Source of the DNA: Gammaproteobacteria bacterium
Lineage (GTDB): Bacteria > Pseudomonadota > Gammaproteobacteria > Xanthomonadales > SZUA-36
Assembly (NCBI GenBank): GCA_030431095.1
Contig: JAUIJU010000002.1
Location: 22,092 to 86,091 of the forward strand
Length of the DNA: 64,000 nucleotides
Direction: 5' to 3'
The notes beneath the pieces are model-generated. The model worked only from the letters and a program-made list of their open reading frames with translations, ran no database searches and was not told where the DNA came from. The position numbers and the translations under genes were made by a program. Shown here in pieces: positions 62,501-64,000 of the stretch. Position 1 is the first letter of the stretch. Each line of letters starts with the position of its first letter.

Positions 62501-63946
62501 CGAACGCCGCCCGCGCCGGGTGGTGTAGCCCTCGGCCAGCATCATGACCACGGCCTGGAAATCGTCTGCCGACAATGCACGGTAAGGCCAGGCCCGGCGC
62601 ATCGCGTGCAGCAGCTCTTCGGTGTTCCACTCGCGGGCACTGACCTCGGCAACGATCTGCTGGGCCAGCACGTCCAGTGGGCCTGCGGGCACCTCGATGG
62701 CGTCCAGGTCGCCGGCCGCCACCGCGCGCAGCAGCGCGACCGATTCCACCAGGTCGTCACGCGTCAGCGGGAACAGTCGCCCACGCGGCACGCCGCCGAC
62801 CTGGTGACCGGAGCGCCCGACCCGCTGCAGGAAGGCCGCAATGGAACCGGGCGAGCCCAGCTGGCAGACCAGGTCCACCGAACCGATGTCGATGCCCAGT
62901 TCCAGCGAAGCAGTCGCCACCAGGACGCGTAATCGGCCGGCCTTCAGTGCCTGTTCGGACTCGAAGCGGTGCTTGCGCGACAGGCTGCCGTGGTGGGCCA
63001 TCACGGCGTCCTCCCCTAACCGTTCGGCCACGTGGCGCGCCACGCGCTCGGCCAGGCGGCGGGTATTGACGAACACCAGGGTGGTGGTGTGCTCGGCGAC
63101 CAGTGCCGCCAGGCGGTCATAGACCTCCGCCCAGTGTTCGTTGGCCATGACAGGCGTCAGCGGCGAGCCGGTCAACTCAATGGACAGGTCACGCTCGCGC
63201 TGGTGGCCACTGTCGACCACCGCGCAATCACCGCTGCCGGTGAGGAAGCCGGCGATGGTTTCGATGGGTTTTTGCGTGGCCGACAGGCCGATGCGCCGCG
63301 GTGGACGCCCGCAGAGGGCGTCCAGCCGGGCCAGCGATAACGCCAGGTGACAACCGCGCTTGTTGCCGGCCACGGCGTGGATCTCGTCGACGATGACCGT
63401 TTCGGTGCCGGTCAGCATGCGCCGGCCGGAATCGGCGGTCAGCAACAGGTACAGCGACTCGGGAGTGGTGACCAGGATGTGCGGCGGGCGTCTGGCCATC
63501 TTCGCCCGCTCGCCGGCCGGGGTGTCGCCGGTACGCACCGCGGCGCGAATGCCGGTCGGTGGTTCACGCGCCGCGGCCAGGCGTTCCTCGATGCCGTTCA
63601 GCGGCGCCTGAAGATTGCTGTGGATGTCGTTGGACAGGGCCTTGAGCGGCGACACGTACAGCACATGCACGCGCTCTTCCAGCGGCGCACGGCGGCTCGC
63701 GCGGGCCAGGTCGTCGATGGCGCAGAGAAAGGCCGCCAGGGTCTTGCCGCTGCCGGTGGGCGCAGCCACCAGCGTGTCGCTGCCCTCGCGGATGCGCTGC
63801 CAGGCGGCGATCTGGGTGGGCGTAGGCGCGGCGAAGGCGTCCCCGAACCAGTCGCGCACCGGGGCGGAAAACAGGTCCGCCAGCTCGGTCGCCGCGGTTT
63901 CCGGGTACGGATCTGCCGGGGTTGACGGTGGTGAGACGGGGGCCAT
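59579..63946 (-). CDS. lhr: Lhr-family ATP-dependent helicase (long form)
   Basis: APTGSGKT, PLKAL, DEIH, LSAT, LELGID, QRVGRSG; C-terminal LLRRYGVV..G.FV.GFSGEQF. Confidence 0.9.
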   Translation of the reverse strand: MAPVSPPSTPADPYPETAATELADLFSAPVRDWFGDAFAAPTPTQIAAWQRIREGSDTLVAAPTGSGKTLAAFLCAIDDLARASRRAPLEERVHVLYVSPLKALSNDIHSNLQAPLNGIEERLAAAREPPTGIRAAVRTGDTPAGERAKMARRPPHILVTTPESLYLLLTADSGRRMLTGTETVIVDEIHAVAGNKRGCHLALSLARLDALCGRPPRRIGLSATQKPIETIAGFLTGSGDCAVVDSGHQRERDLSIELTGSPLTPVMANEHWAEVYDRLAALVAEHTTTLVFVNTRRLAERVARHVAERLGEDAVMAHHGSLSRKHRFESEQALKAGRLRVLVATASLELGIDIGSVDLVCQLGSPGSIAAFLQRVGRSGHQVGGVPRGRLFPLTRDDLVESVALLRAVAAGDLDAIEVPAGPLDVLAQQIVAEVSAREWNTEELLHAMRRAWPYRALSADDFQAVVMMLAEGYTTRRGRRSAWVYHDPVNQRLRARPAARLTALQNGGAIPDQFDYDVILMPGGHRIGTLGEDFSFESIPGDIFQLGNNSYRILKTDQSRVLVEDAHGEPPTLPFWFGDRPGRSDELSAAVAQLRENLAGAFESGGEPAGHALLRAEGFDPSVSEQLVAYLHAAWQALDCLPTRDRVVLERFFDDTGDMHLVLHATLGSRIMRAWGLSLRKRFCRQFNFELQAAALEDCLILSLGETHSFDLASVMKYLKPETVEQVLVQALLDAPMFEARWRWNATIALAVQRMRNGKRLPAQWQRNQAEDLVSVVFPDQIACAENLAGAREIPDHPLVRQTIDDCLRDTMDIDGLVAVLGRLREGGIEIRCADLTDPSPLAQEVINAKPYAFLDDGEAEERRTRAISGSPADLGKAATLRIVSQAAREQVRDEAWSRPRGPDELHDLLVQFGGLAQAEFSTGNSLTGAPGDARRWPAWFEALKEEHRATTLRTSGGEVLWVAAERLAEWRALHPGAVATPAIAPAPGFDDAWAADDALVALVRDRLAGLGPVTRGQLAVALAVDREHMDAALVRLQGQGYVIRMEQAGVADLWCERRLLARIHRYSREQRRKAVKPVSPQVFMRFLARWHALDDPASLDQALERLEGWSAPVDAWENGLLRCRVKDPDPSSLDQRFLSGELAWFRPLLAGDGKRQVVAASPVALVPRGRLDDWRGLEESSTQEGGTVASPESAYAERIREILDRQGATFMPDLERASGLLAPQLEEGLKALVYAGEVTADAFSPLRWLLRPDRQKTRARQRMARGRGRALAPVGRWSLLRPLDPESGTPGQARHQARLGVICDALLRRYGVVFRAVIQREPLLPPWRDLLRYLRRMEDRGEALGGRFVDGFSGEQFALPEAVGLLRQCLESAARPSYASIAAADPLNLGGIIVPGPKTPAQAGNRILLEDGLPAARLLGEQVEPLPGGSREALRQAEESLRVVTPWRRWGAR

Positions 63947-64000
63947 GATTACAGTGTAGCCGGGCGGTTCTCAAAACCCGATAAAGGCGCCGTCGATCAA

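Overview
High-GC gammaproteobacterial chromosome segment (gene content and order suggest a Xanthomonadales/Wenzhouxiangella-like, probably marine organism; inference) spanning the replication terminus: a near-canonical dif site lies at 22340-22367 and KOPS-like GGGNAGGG octamers switch strand around it. Left to right: (1) an alginate-utilisation locus (GntR/FadR regulator, TonB-dependent receptor, PL6- and PL17-type lyases, ExuT-like MFS, DEH-reductase-like SDR, kdgK); (2) core genes (LMW-PTP, uvrC, pgsA, ispG, methyltransferase, ygfZ, DUF1674, sdhCDAB-sdhE, ygfX-like); (3) dif, a TonB receptor and tRNA-Leu(TAA); (4) a ~23.6 kb accessory region between the convergent 3' ends of tRNA-Leu and tRNA-Cys, with a putative novel lipid-remodelling cluster (YbhN-like flippase, atypical PlsC-like acyltransferase, GNAT N-acyltransferase, cardiolipin synthase, EEP), an unannotated two-hairpin sRNA antisense to a small membrane protein, a GT2 with an in-frame AT-rich patch, a GntR-controlled catabolic locus of unknown substrate (fused E1 alpha/beta, E2, VOC enzyme, TonB receptor, MFS, hydrolase), a GT-C-like membrane protein and a lower-GC AraC/DUF1254/aspartic protease block; (5) tRNA-Cys, tRNA-Gly, infA, clpA, clpS, mnmA, hflD, acnA, a TPR Ser/Thr kinase and an Lhr helicase. 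No integrase, transposase, CRISPR array or rRNA was seen. All family calls come from motif recognition by eye, not database searches.
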